A stretch of DNA of 63,928 nt, counting the filler, from Dicyema japonicum (taxonomy: Eukaryota > Animalia > Dicyemida): assembly GCA_011109175.1 (NCBI GenBank). It is 8 parts of 7 records of this genome, joined end to end, with 100 filler letters (N's around TTAATTAATTAA, not from the genome) between each part and the next. Parts side by side here need not be neighbours in the genome. Positions count along the whole stretch, not along the records: positions 24,072 to 30,576 come from RDEW01000035.1; positions 30,677 to 38,655 come from RDEW01000112.1; 6 more parts are not named here. One strand, written 5' to 3'. This document shows, piece by piece, positions 23,972 to 37,022 of this stretch. The number at the start of each line of letters is the position of its first letter. The stretch's first letter is position 1. Position numbers and translations under genes: made by a program. The notes beneath the pieces are model-generated. The model saw only the letters and a program-made list of their open reading frames with translations. It was not told the origin of the DNA and did not search any database.

Positions 23972-25184
23972 NNNNNNNNNNNNNNNNNNNNNNNNNNNNN
24001 NNNNNNNNNNNNNNNTTAATTAATTAANNNNNNNNNNNNNNNNNNNNNNNNNNNNNNNNNNNNNNNNNNNNAAGATAAGGAATCGACAATTATTTTGAAT
24101 CTTTTGAACGTGAAGAAAATAATTTCAAACAAACTAACTTCTGAGTTCAATTCTCGTTCGAAAATTAGGACAACGCCATATTTCCTAAGTTGAGAAGAGG
24201 AAGGGGAGATTGACGGTCTTATTCTTACGGCAAATCCCATCCATCTCATTGACAAAGCAGTGGTCACGACTATCCGAATAGGACTATAGTGACAGAGTAG
24301 TGGATCACTGAAAATAAACGAATGTCGCCATAAGCAGTGCTATGTGCACGTTACATCCTGACCAAACATTCTCCCACCATCACGCGCTTGTGTGAGATCA
24401 TGGAGATAACACCAAGCCAAGTTAAGAGCACTGCTGGGACATATCGAGATCGCCTAGTTAACTTTTGTGGTCTTGGCTTATGTCAACGTTCCATTATGTC
24501 CTATACAGTGGACGCTCGATGGAGGATACCAGAAAGAAGAATAGATTTGTAACAAGAGCCTAGACAATCTATAAGACTACATTAGCCAAACCTCCCTCAA
24601 CCAGTTCTGCAAACTTGTCCACAGAACAATTATTAAAAGGCTGTACATTAGAGATCCACAAACTCCTTCAATTTTGACCGACGATTTTTAAGCTTGAATG
24701 TTTCATGCATCTGAAACTTCCCTGGTTTCCGATGTCTACAGATTCCGTCACCTCGTACAGGCTCACAAAATAAGAATAGGCTTTCATCAATCATGACGAT
24801 AGGTAGACATTCAATGCAATACAAGTATATCACCACCTCACCCTACGACCAAGGAATCACTTGATTAATGGAGGATGAAATAATTATTTTCATAAATTGC
24901 CATAAACTGGATTCTACACTTTAATATTCAATATTCGAGTAAATAATTTAATCTTCAAATATTTTATGTAAATAAACGAAATGTTAATGGGAGATTAATA
25001 CTCAGACATGAATGAGAATTACCCCCCTCGAGATCGAAAGGCCAACATTTTGGAGCCGCCCTAACATTTTCCGTATTCAAATACTCTAGGCATCTCCACA
25101 TAAGTCGATTGCAGCAGGTTCTAATCGGAAATGGCTACATTTGTTATTATTTAAGTTTAAGCTATAACATAGCGTCCACTAGAT

Positions 25185-25720
25185 CTGTGTTTCTCAACCT
25201 TTTTTTCGTATTGCCCCCATAAAAAACTTCGCCCCTGAAAATAATTTATCCCCCCATAATAAATATAGATATTAATATAATAATTAATTTTTAATTTTTT
25301 TGAAAGACCCTTAACTTTAATTTATTTAACAAAAGTCACTTATTTCGATGTCCAATCCTCCTTTGCTGTCAACAAAGTCTATCACAGATTCTTTCACCTC
25401 GCATGTCAGGAATTTCCTTTCAATGTTGATCAAAGATAAACGAGACGAGCGCTTATTTGACATCAAGACCTCAAATATGGTTTTATCTGTTTTAAATTTA
25501 AAATGGGGATCACAACTAGCAATTGAGTAGTCAACTGTGAGTAATTAAAGATTTGCAATGCAAAGTTGGAAAAACCTCGCAGCCTAGCAACTAATGAAGA
25601 AAATGTATTGCATTTTTTAAAAAAGTTTTGTTTCCATTTCGGAAAAGTGTAAGACAATCAACGATTTCTCGTAGAGAGAAGATGAGTTCACGTCAGTCTC
25701 AGAATTGTTAGCAAAATTCT
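25185..25720 (-). mobile_element. hAT 3' end with dimerisation domain (ZMYM1-like) and TIR
   Basis: FSNFALQ...KQIKPYLRS.MSNKRSSRLSLINIER...VIDF; terminus CTGTGTTTCTCAACC at 25185. Confidence 0.65.
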
Positions 25721-26601
25721 TGTCTATGATAAAAAAACATTGAGAAAAAGTATTTTAGCTTAATACGTGAACTCCGTGGCTTGGATCTGCTGCTTCCTAC
25801 AGCGTACTGCCCAAGGCGGCTGCACTTATGGCCCCCTCTAGGCACGCCCCGTTCTGATGTCTTCTCTTTTGCAGAAACTCAAATTATTACGTTTCTTCTC
25901 CACAATATTCATGGAAAGGACGATCTCATTTGATTTTTTTATTATAAATTAAACGTTTTTCATGCAGTTAAACCGATAAATTATCGTGACCAAAGTGTGC
26001 TTGCGTTAAATACAATCGATAAATATAGCATTTTTTGCTTAAAAATTCATAAATGCTCAACATTTGCTGACCATGGTTATTGCATCATCAATCATTAATT
26101 GCAGAGACTATGTTATGAGTTTTTTTAGATAAAATTTAAATTTGTTGAAAATTGAAAATCTTGTTTAATGATTTAAAAGTAACAAAGACAAATCGTAAAT
26201 TATTCTAGAATTGTATCTTTACTGAATGAAATAGAAAACAGTAATTCGAAAGATTCCCTTTGGGGAATGTGGTTTATAGACATTTCCTACATGCGGAAGT
26301 ATCACACTCTCGACAATGAAGGTTATATAAAATAATGAAAAAACCAGTATTGACGACATTTCTGCAACTTTTAGTTCTTCTAGTGATTGAGGATGCTTGA
26401 TTGCGCATGCTCTAATAAACGAGGTGTAATAATCGCTTTATTAGAAAATTCAACACCACATTGGACACATAGGAGAGTGGACCATTAGATTTTAAATTAT
26501 CAATAAGTAGATAGTTCTCTATTTTTTGTCACATCAAAAAGTTGCATGGTATAATTATTTAAAATAAATTTAGTATAAATATTTCATAATTTAAAAAATC
26601 A

Positions 26602-27535
26602 CTAAATTAATAATCGCCACCTAAAATAAAAAAATAAAGACAAACTAATTACGTGATCCCAACTTCTAGTAATTCCAGGACTTTCCGAGAATGATCCACC
26701 AGCAGCCTTATCGTCTTCCGGAAGTGTTTTCGGAAGTTCTGCTGAGAAACTCGGTTGGGTGTTATTCTTCTGGTTTAATTGGAATTCATCCACATGGATA
26801 ACCCTCTTCCCATTTGGTTTGCCTGAATATTTGTAGAAACTAAGGTTTTGAAATTTTGGATTACCAAGGAAACCTTAATTTATTAATATTCTCATGTCCT
26901 TTGGTGACCAGATCCTCAATTTTCATAGGCCGAGACATCACTGAGTTACGCATGAATTCGAATTTTGGGGATTTGTAGTATGAATAGCCGCTCTCTGATT
27001 AAATCGTGGTATTTTGTGTTGACATAGTATAAATGGAGGAGTTTGGTAGATCCTCGATAGTACACAGCTGTTGCAGAGATCCTAAGGTCACTAACTTGAT
27101 TTGCCGGCTAAACTTGGTTTTATGAAATTCTCTGATTAACTGAGAATGTGTCCTGGAGCAGTAAAATACGCGGAGAATTGAAGGTTAGAATCATCGGTAG
27201 AAGTCTCTACTTTTGTGAAGGACTTTGATTTGATTTTTTGGTTTTTTGAAAGAGAATCTTCAAATTCTTGTTATTTTCTTTTTGGAGAATAGATTTTCTC
27301 ATTTTGGGATATCCAGTAAGTCTCGGGATTTTCCTGTGAGAAAGTTCTTTGTTGAATTTCCCGAGTTCCTAAGATGCCAACTCTGTTGGATTAACCAGAT
27401 CAAATAGGATTCAACATTATCCCGGTTCCTGTAGTGCTTTCAAAAATTCCTAATCCAAGCATTTCTCAATGTCTTCCATAAAGTAGTCTTGAATTCTGTA
27501 AGGCTTGAAGAGAAAGTTTAAGGGAATACATCAAA
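26602..27535 (-). pseudogene. Decayed unidentified coding sequence
   Basis: Long frame (MPFDVFP*TFLFKPYRIQDYFMEDIEKCLD*EFLKALQEPG*...) interrupted by scattered stops; no homolog recognised. Confidence 0.35.
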
Positions 27536-27956
27536 CGGCATTTGTTAACATGAATGAAATTTTTTTGCCGATATTTTTTAAATTTTTAATCAAAATAATA
27601 AATACTAAATTAAGTTTTTATTAGTTTTTATTAAATCTTTAAAATTAATTGAGGAAAATAGACATGGTGGAAGAGAAGTTTGTGATTTTTTTCTTGGCCT
27701 GGATTGCCAGTTAATTGGGGGATCCTCTTTTTCTGTTCTGGGTGTTTGCAAGTTTGAGCTTTGTTTTATTTGACACCAATGACATAATGGAAAAAGTTGT
27801 TCAGGCCGACCAATTAAGTGATCCTGGTATTATTTATGATAGCTTCAAGGAATCTTGTTATACCTGAGTTCCCATAGCTTTATTGATTTCTCGTACTTCA
27901 TTTAAAACTGGTTGTAGATGTGTGGACATGTCTTACGATAAGTCTTAGTTATAGAC

Positions 27957-29839
27957 CAGTGTTTCTTAAACTGGGGTCCGCGGTCCAAAAAGGACGGCAG
28001 AACAATCTTTAGTAATTTATATTAGTCTACTTTTATATTATATTTTTTAAAATTATTTTGAATTAAATTTAAAAAAGAATGTGCTCAATTTTATCCTTGT
28101 AGGAATATCCTGCTAAAATAATTCAATGAATAAAAATACATATATCAAATATGGATTCACTCTGAAACTTCTGAAGGTAAACTAAAACCACACTGTGTTC
28201 TGAGGTTTTGGGGTTTATTTCACTTAAGCCGAGCAATTTAAAGAGGCACATGGAATCCAAACATCCTAGTTCAACACAAAAGGGTGTTGATTTCTTCAAA
28301 TTCAAAGCTCAAAGATTGATCAACTCCAGATTTGATCAATCTGGAATTTTATCCCAAAATATTTCATCCGGTTTGAAAGTTCTTATCTATTTAGTATGAA
28401 AATTGCTTCTGCGAAAAAATCGCACACCATCGGAGATCAATTGATAATACCTTGTTGCAGAGATATCATTTCCAACATGTTAGGAAGCTCTGCACTTCAT
28501 ATTCAGAAGCATATCTCATTTTCCAATGATACTGTTACTAGAAGAATAAATGATCTCGCCGAGAATATTTTGTCCATTGTAATCGCGAAGATTAAAAAAT
28601 TCAATGTTCCAATTTTTTTCTATCCAAATTGATGAAAGCACGGATATCGCCAACTGATCTCAATTATGCGGATATGTTTGCTACATACACGACAAGCACT
28701 TTGAAGATGAATTCTTGTTTTAGGAAACTCTCAGCACTAATACAACCGCCAGGGATATATTTGATAAACTTGACAGATTTTTTGAAGTGTGCACAGACGG
28801 TGATGTTTGGTTGCCGTTCAGGATTTCAAACTTTAGTCAAGGAAAAATCCCCGAATGCTATTGGTATACATTGCATGATCCACCGTCATGCATTGATGAT
28901 GAAAATCATGCCTGACGATTTGAAAAATGTCATAATTAAAACGATAAACTACATTAAAGCCAAAGCACTCAATTCTCGTCTATTGCTGAGTTATGCAAAG
29001 AAAATGACTCTGAATTTGAGACTCTTGTTGCATTCACATGTGAGATGGCTTTCATAAGGAAAAGTATTGAAGAGAGCATTTATACTACGAAAAGAAATAC
29101 ATGAATTTCTTAAGACGTCAAGTCAAAACTGCATGAAAAATTTTCTGATACTTGTTTTTTGACTTTATTGGCATTTTTGGTGGATATATTTGAATCTGTG
29201 TATTTTGTTAATTTACAACTGCAAGGAAGAGATACCACAGTCCTCCATTGGCATGAAAAATGACTGGTTTCAAAATGAAAGTATTTTTTGAAATTTATAA
29301 ATTTTTAGATATTTTCCTGATATTTCTGAATTTGATAAGTACTATCGTTTTCTCAGCAACACATTTGCAATTTCAGTTAAGGATTTCCCTTCTGAAAACC
29401 ATGTAATTCAGGAACAATTCATCGATCTGTTTAATGATGGATATGCAAAACACGTTTTCAACGAAGTTTCCCAAAGCGATTTTTGGATTCAAATGGCTGA
29501 TTCCTATTCAGAATTGGCAAAGACTTACAGTGCTTATTCCATTTGCAACTACATATGAGTGTGAGACAGCGTTTTCAGCACTACCTACCATCAAATCAAA
29601 ATTCCGCAATAGATTGGATGTGTCAAATGACATGAGGGTTGCATTGTCCAAGACACAACCAGACTTAAAAAACTGGTGATGGCCAAACAGTGCATCCATC
29701 TCATTAATAATCATTTTTTAATTTTGCACTAATTTTTGTTTTTGTTAAAATGTTAATTCACTATTTTAATGAAGGACCGCGAGTAGCTAAAAATAAAAGA
29801 GGACCGCGACGTCTTTTTTTTAAAGTTTGAGAACCACTG
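27957..29839 (+). mobile_element. hAT (Buster/Charlie, ZBED5-like) element, near complete, with pseudogenised transposase
   Basis: TIRs CAGTGTTTCTTAAACT and AGTTTGAGAACCACTG; SHTIGDQLIIPC, QIDESTD, CTDG, HCMIHRHAL, RWLS, PFATTYECETAFS, RNRLDV motifs; flanks TTATAGAC and ATGTAGAG match at 5 of 8. Confidence 0.9.
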
Positions 29840-29998
29840 ATGTAGAGGAAGGGGATAATAATCCTGTAGTTAAAAAAATGATGTCTTATTTATTCCTGTG
29901 GTTGTTATTTATTATAATTCTATTAGGTGGGTAATTTTCTATTACTAATAGTACTGGAAGGAGTGCTTGATTCTGATATTGCACCATAATTTATAATA

Positions 29999-30080
29999 CA
30001 GTAAACCTCTATCAATCCAAACTTCAATAATCCGAATTTTTTGGACGAGTAAGCAAAAATTTAGGAGGTTTCGATTAAAA
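29999..30080 (+). mobile_element. pogo/Tigger-type left terminus
   Basis: TA|CAGTAAACCTCTATCAATCC; similar solitary ends at about 61123 and 61758. Confidence 0.5.
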
Positions 30081-30676
30081 CAGGCTTTAATAAACCGAAA
30101 CTTCATATTCCGGGAGACATTTATCAAAAATTTCGGATTAATACATTTTGTGTTTATTGTACATTTAAATGTATTTACATTATAAATTTAAATCTTAAAG
30201 TGCCACGTGGCTAGAAAGAGGTCAGAATTTCTATTGCACAGAAAAAAGATTTGTAAATTAAAAAATATCAAAAATGACTATCAGAGGATTATCTCATATG
30301 TGTAAATAAAAATGAATCATTATTTGGTAATTTCGACAATTTTACAGATTCTAAAAAACCGTAAAAAATTGGAAAACTGAAACTACGATAAACAAATAAA
30401 GACAGTGTAAACACCTTCAATTTAATAATTCACTTGTTGAATGGATTTCAAGGATAGGTGAATTTAATGGTTTTATTAATGAAGATATCATCATTTCAAA
30501 TACTAAGGTGTTTTATGAATTCATGAATCGATGATCCTGAATTATGTAAAAGCTACATAGATTTAAAATGAAAATTNNNNNNNNNNNNNNNNNNNNNNNN
30601 NNNNNNNNNNNNNNNNNNNNTTAATTAATTAANNNNNNNNNNNNNNNNNNNNNNNNNNNNNNNNNNNNNNNNNNNN

Positions 30677-31370
30677 ACACCTCGACAAGCCCATCACGGT
30701 GGAGGAGGTCACCCGAGCTGCTATCAAACTAAAGAACTGTCGGGCCGCTGGACAAGACCACATCAATACAGAGCTGATATGATATGTTTACCATACACGA
30801 CCCACTCCCGCTAGGGGCAGGCACACTTATCCCTATACAAAAAGCCAACAAAATCTTCGGCCCAGTGGAAAATTTCCGCCCTGTCATACTTCCGAATACC
30901 CTGAGGAAACTCCTATCGCTTGTTGTATTGAGTCGTATAAACGCGAGAGTTAATGAGTATCTGGGGCCGAGTCAGAACGGATTCAGGGCAGGAATATCCA
31001 CTGCGGACATTGTCTGGAGTCACAGATGGTGATGCGCTATCCAACAGAAATTCAAAACAGCCACGACCATCCTTGGAATCGACATGTGAAAGCTTTTGAC
31101 TGTGTCCGACGTGATTTACTCCTTGGCGTCCTACAGAGTTTCCTGGCTGAGGACGAAGTCAGAATGATACGGGTACTGCTTGCTAGGACAGAATTATCTG
31201 TTCGCGTTGGATCGTCTCTCTCAAGGCGGTTCGAAACGAATGTCGGCACGCCCCAAGGAGATTCTCTCTCGCCTCTATTGTTTGTCATCTACCTGGAAGC
31301 CGCCCTGAGAACTTTCTACGATGACTATCACCGAAATTGTCTATGCAGACGATGTTGACTTCGAAACAAG
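30677..31370 (+). mobile_element. RTE-like LINE reverse transcriptase fragment
   Basis: NFRPVILPNTLRKLLS, QNGFRAGISTAD, KAFDCVRR, VGTPQGDSLSPLLFVIYL, IVYADDVDF with frameshifts. Confidence 0.9.
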
Positions 31371-32810
31371 AAGAAAATTTTGATAAAAACTGTTTGAAGT
31401 GAGAAAACTTTTCGAAGAAGAGGTCAAAATAAATATTTTTTACTGCAGCTTTTTCAAAACGACTGCCGCCAACACGAACGTGAGAATAACACGTCAAAAC
31501 TCAATTTGAAATACAGAACAAATTGGAGTAAAAATTTGAACTTTTTTTAAGAAAATACAAAATTGAAAATGTAAAATTGGAGACTGAATTGGAAAAGGAA
31601 CGAACCACAAAATGAACTGAGAATGACTGCCTTAGACGAAAAGTGGATGTACGTCATTACCGATAAAGATAACCAAGTTGATGATTAGTTTAAACTTGTA
31701 GATTACCGAATTGACTGAAGAAATCGAAATTTTGAAAAAGAAACAGGAATCAACTATTCTCGGCCATCAAAAAACAAGGCAGAAATAGAAGTACGAATTA
31801 AAGACATTGTGAACGACTACGAAAGGATCGACGGACTCGCAACACAATACAAAGAAGGTCTAGAAAAGTGTGCAAGTCTCCATCGACAAAATCTTAAAGG
31901 GACCGAGGCCAAAATGAATAAAGAGCATGATTTGTTTAGAAATGAGTTTTCGTGAAAAAAACGAAAAATTACAAACTGTTACAAATTTTATTGACCGAAT
32001 AGACAATTAACAAAAATGAGCAAATTATTCAGAAATTGAAACAACAAATCCAAGATCAGGATAACCGCCACAGCGCATACTGTGCCGAAATGAATAATGA
32101 CAATCGCCAAATTCTACAAAATATTGAGCAAAATTACGAAAATAAAGTATTATTTATATATTACTCCACAGCTAAATCTGCTTCAGAACAGAATTCCTTC
32201 CACTTCAACGAAGTAATGCAAAAATATGAAAAAGAACGAGAACTGCTAATTAAAGAGGCACCAATCATTCTATAATAATATTAGCAAGAAGATAATATAA
32301 CAGAATAAACCGAGAGCTACAGACAACCAGCACCAATCCAACGAGTTTGAACAGTAGCCGTCATTGATAGGCATATGAACAGTTAGCGGAAAGGGCACGC
32401 TGCACTGCAAAACATTCACAAAACGATATAAATACCTGGGAGATCAAAGTACGCGAGCTGGATCATGTATGATGAAATTGGAGCGAAAGATATAAAAACG
32501 AACGAACGATTCAAGGCTAGAAAATTTGAATAATTTTTAGTTGGCTGTACGTGAAAGCAATCACAAAGATCGAGTTATCCATCAACTTAGAGAGGCTCTT
32601 GTTGAAAGTCAGGCAACTTATCAATCAGCAGTATTTTTGATGATTTGGTTGACTGAAGTTACGTAAATGAAGATTGAATATGAAGAATCTTCGATGAACC
32701 AACTTCCAACGTCTGTCAGAGAGGTTTGAAAAGCTTTTTGACAAAAGGACTTTGAAAAAACAATCTCGAGTCTTAAATCTCAAAATCAGTCTCTTCGAAA
32801 AAAATAAAAC
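31370..32810 (+). pseudogene. Decayed coiled-coil protein gene with tiny introns
   Basis: E/K/Q-rich broken frames, including ORF 32036-32275; intron-like segments such as GTATTATTTATATATTACTCCACAG; many stops. Confidence 0.5.
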
Positions 32811-33424
32811 AGTTTAATAGCATTTAACAATAAAATTGTTTAATAATAAAAATGAATAAATGGTCAGATTAGGTCCTCCGACTTGGAGAAAAAAGTCCTA
32901 AGTTTTCCCACTTTCTTATAAGAGACGAACCTAGTTCAAAGTACGGTGTTCGGAACCATGATTAGTTATACGTTTTCTATAGCACTATGATGGTTAAGTT
33001 GTTTAGGAATGTAGAAATAAACAATTAAAAAAGTGAAAAAACCAGTTTCATTTAAGTTCCTTTAATCAAATTTGTTTCGGAAAATCGGATGGGCCTGAAA
33101 TTAACAAAAGAAAACAACTTGTCAAAATATTGTCTTTTATTGTATCGGCATACATAAACCAGAGTAAAGCAAGGGACTGAGGAAGACAGAATAATCCAAA
33201 TCAACAAGAATGAAAGTAGGATAAGTTTAATTTTGACTGAATTGGCTCAAGTAATATGAAAATATTGCCCAGGCTTGAAAAAATATGTCAAATTTCCCAT
33301 TCACACACAAACAAACTAAAGTATATATAAATAAATATCTATTTTTTAATCGATTTAATAATAAAAAATTATATTGAGATAAAATTATGTCGAATATGTG
33401 ACATGGGCGGATGAATACACATGG

Positions 33425-33548
33425 CAGGGGTCGGCAACTTTGTGGCAAAGAGCCACTTTTTACTTAAACAGCAATTAAGCATAATTAAAGAGCCACCATA
33501 TAAAATATTTTGTAAAGAAAAACATGAAAGAAAATTTAAACATAGAAA
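33425..33548 (+). mobile_element. hAT left terminus running into a 999-N gap
   Basis: CAGGGGTCGGCAACTTTGTGGCAAAGAGCCAC. Confidence 0.6.
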
Positions 33549-34547
33549 NNNNNNNNNNNNNNNNNNNNNNNNNNNNNNNNNNNNNNNNNNNNNNNNNNNN
33601 NNNNNNNNNNNNNNNNNNNNNNNNNNNNNNNNNNNNNNNNNNNNNNNNNNNNNNNNNNNNNNNNNNNNNNNNNNNNNNNNNNNNNNNNNNNNNNNNNNNN
33701 NNNNNNNNNNNNNNNNNNNNNNNNNNNNNNNNNNNNNNNNNNNNNNNNNNNNNNNNNNNNNNNNNNNNNNNNNNNNNNNNNNNNNNNNNNNNNNNNNNNN
33801 NNNNNNNNNNNNNNNNNNNNNNNNNNNNNNNNNNNNNNNNNNNNNNNNNNNNNNNNNNNNNNNNNNNNNNNNNNNNNNNNNNNNNNNNNNNNNNNNNNNN
33901 NNNNNNNNNNNNNNNNNNNNNNNNNNNNNNNNNNNNNNNNNNNNNNNNNNNNNNNNNNNNNNNNNNNNNNNNNNNNNNNNNNNNNNNNNNNNNNNNNNNN
34001 NNNNNNNNNNNNNNNNNNNNNNNNNNNNNNNNNNNNNNNNNNNNNNNNNNNNNNNNNNNNNNNNNNNNNNNNNNNNNNNNNNNNNNNNNNNNNNNNNNNN
34101 NNNNNNNNNNNNNNNNNNNNNNNNNNNNNNNNNNNNNNNNNNNNNNNNNNNNNNNNNNNNNNNNNNNNNNNNNNNNNNNNNNNNNNNNNNNNNNNNNNNN
34201 NNNNNNNNNNNNNNNNNNNNNNNNNNNNNNNNNNNNNNNNNNNNNNNNNNNNNNNNNNNNNNNNNNNNNNNNNNNNNNNNNNNNNNNNNNNNNNNNNNNN
34301 NNNNNNNNNNNNNNNNNNNNNNNNNNNNNNNNNNNNNNNNNNNNNNNNNNNNNNNNNNNNNNNNNNNNNNNNNNNNNNNNNNNNNNNNNNNNNNNNNNNN
34401 NNNNNNNNNNNNNNNNNNNNNNNNNNNNNNNNNNNNNNNNNNNNNNNNNNNNNNNNNNNNNNNNNNNNNNNNNNNNNNNNNNNNNNNNNNNNNNNNNNNN
34501 NNNNNNNNNNNNNNNNNNNNNNNNNNNNNNNNNNNNNNNNNNNNNNN

Positions 34548-35080
34548 GTCTGGTTTTTTTTCTCGTTTTGCAACCACATGGGTATTGAGCTATATTACAT
34601 AAACAACTATTTGTCATTCTATCGTCAATCTAATTTACTGGCACAGATATGTATTATTTTATTTTCAGCTATGTTATTTAGGGAAAGAATATTCGATTTC
34701 TGATTCTCGTTTTATAAAGTTAAAATGATATATTCTCATTTTATAGACATGATTCTACTACCGTTGCTATGGAATATTTCACTGTATTTGTTTTAGGCCC
34801 TTTAGCACTGATTAGTTTTTGTGCTATAATTTTTAAAAGTCCGAAAATATATATTGTGCAATTATTTCCTACTCTATATCAATCTTATGGGACTTTTATC
34901 TACTTTATGACTGAATATTTAGACGAATTTAAGCATTGTCAAAAGTTCGGAGATTTTGATTACTTTTGGACTTCTTTTGTGTTTCTCAATTCTCTTTGGT
35001 TTTTTATACCTGCTTTAATTATCTGTGAGTCAGTGTTCAAATTATTTTTCCCTCCGCTAATTAAACAAAAAGATAATTAA
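34548..35080 (+). CDS. EBP: Emopamil-binding protein / sterol delta8-delta7 isomerase (5' end lost in gap)
   Basis: Spliced frame VWFFFSFCNHMGIE...LLAQIWKEYSISDSRFIKHDSTTVAMEYFTVFVLGPL...YGTFIYFMTE...YFWTSFVFLNSLWFFIP; introns at 34651-34681 (31 nt) and 34719-34746 (28 nt); no lesions. Confidence 0.9.
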
Positions 35081-35572
35081 CACTCTTTCAACTTATTTAA
35101 TTTTCCTTTTTTAACTTTTAAAATTCCTTCTAAATATATACTTGAACTTGAATGAAATCTATAAATTATTATCAAACAAATTTTATGTCATTTTATATTA
35201 TAATACTTTGAAAAATATTCAGGAATTAAAATAATTCATTTATAATTTGAAATTTTTACGATAAAATCGGACAAATTTTACAAAGATACCATAAACAATA
35301 AGAAAAGTTGATCAATCATCAAAAACCGTGGTAAATAAAGAAGCAAATCTAATGGTTAAAAATAGAGTTAATTAAACTTCTTAATTAAAATTTTCAATCC
35401 AGATCGTTGGTAATCTCTTTCTTATGGAAGGAGAGTTTTTTACCAAGTTCCTTTTATGTTTAAGAGTTTTATGTCAGAATCAGTCATTAGAGGCGATATT
35501 TTCCACAGATATCTATATCCCTTGTTTAGGTTCAATCATCATGCTTTCGAGAGTCTTTTGCACCATTGAATA

Positions 35573-35720
35573 CAGTGCGACCTCGAATTGGGGAAAACCA
35601 AGTAGCGGGGAAACCCTCTTTTTTTGGGGAAAACCTTGCTTTTGGGGAAATATTTTCGCCATCCATATAAAATACGATGATTTTTAATGAAATAAACCCC
35701 TACTGGGGAAAATTTTATAT
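35573..35720 (+). mobile_element. pogo-like left terminus with GGGGAAA subterminal repeats
   Basis: TA|CAGTGCGACCTCG followed by repeated (T)GGGGAAA units. Confidence 0.5.
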
Positions 35721-36412
35721 TATCATAAACGATTCATTAATATATTTCTATAATTTTTGATTTATTATTATTTATTTATTGTAACCTGTTTTTCCAAATT
35801 TATAATCAATAATTTTAAAATTTATTCACCCTGCTAACTTTTTTAGTTAACTAATTAACCTGCTAAAAAATTTAAATTATCAATTTTTAAAGTTATTTCA
35901 TAAATTTTAGAAAGCGAATGCCTCGAAACTAAATCAAAGTGAAAAGATCAGAATTTGCAAGTATATACAGTCGGGTCATAAGGATAAAATGATTTGTGAA
36001 GGATTTAACATTTCTAAAAGAATGCTATTGTGACTAAAAAATAAAAGTTAAGGAATCCTAGATCAAGGCTTCTCAACATGAGAAAGCTATGGAATATGAC
36101 TCTTGGGGAAAAAAGGGCATCGGAGAAAGTCTGATTGATTCGGATATTGTTGAAAATGCGATTTTTGATAATTTCTGGGATGATAACAGTAGTGTTGAAG
36201 AGGACTGCAGCGAACAATTTCTGAAACATTTGGATGATCAAAAAGTTATAAACAATTCAAAATGCAAATTCACAATGCTGCTAAATACTATTAACCAAGA
36301 GACTCCGGAAAATGTACTAGATCTATTCAGATTCAAAGCAAATATTATGAGTTCAATGCGAAAAAAACTCGATTAAAATTAACTGATTTTGTCATCTAAT
36401 AATAAAATTGTA

Positions 36413-36451
36413 TGGTGTGTGTGTGTGTGTCTGTGTGTGTGTGTGTCTGTG
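36413..36451. repeat. (GT)n microsatellite, interrupted
   Basis: Directly visible. Confidence 0.9.
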
Positions 36452-36539
36452 TACACCAACTTCAAATTAGCAAAATACAGATAAATTGTCAAAATCCTTT
36501 CCCTTTATAATTAGCCAATAATGGGGAACAAATCCAAAA

Positions 36540-37022
36540 TGATGACGTCTCCAAGAACCTTCCACCCAAAAATCTAACATATCAAGAATATCCTCGATGA
36601 TGAGGTCCTTAAAACCTTCCCGCCAAAAAAAATAAAAAAAATATTTTCTGGATTTTATAAAATGAACAACAAGCAGGTCCCCGACTCACATGATGAGGTC
36701 CTTAAAACCTTCCCGCCAAAAAAATTAAAAAAATATTTTCTGCATTTTGGATAAAATGAACAACAAGCATGTCCCCGACTCACATGATGAGGTCCTTTAA
36801 ACCTTCCCGCCAAAAAAAATTAAAAAAATATTTTCTGGATTTTGGTTAAAATGAACAACAAGCATGTCCCGACTCACATGATGAGGTCCTTAAAACCTTC
36901 CCGCCAAAAAAATAATTTTCTACATTTTGGTTAAAATGCACAACGTGAATGTCCTCAACACTCATGATGAGGTCCATTAAAACCTTCCAGGCAAAAATCT
37001 CACATATCAAGAATATCCTCGA
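36540..37022. repeat. Tandem array, about 93-bp unit, about 5 copies
   Basis: TGATGAGGTCC marker at about 36598, 36691, 36785, 36879 and 36965. Confidence 0.9.

Noticed and set aside
26602-27535. TAA/TAG reassigned to Gln, suggested by in-frame stops in long frames
   Set aside because: Tubulin and EBP (about 365 codons together) use only CAA/CAG for Gln with no internal TAA/TAG, EBP ends in TAA, and TGA stops also interrupt the decayed frames.
33369-34617. Long ORFs of 347-402 aa in the ORF track
   Set aside because: They are artefacts of translating the 999-N gap; the same applies to 46882-47253 and 24016-24267.
36598-36990. Retrozyme or hammerhead array, or CRISPR array
   Set aside because: The units read ATGATGAGGTCC with no GGAC-GAAA partner, whole units repeat with no unique spacers, and the context is eukaryotic with no cas genes.
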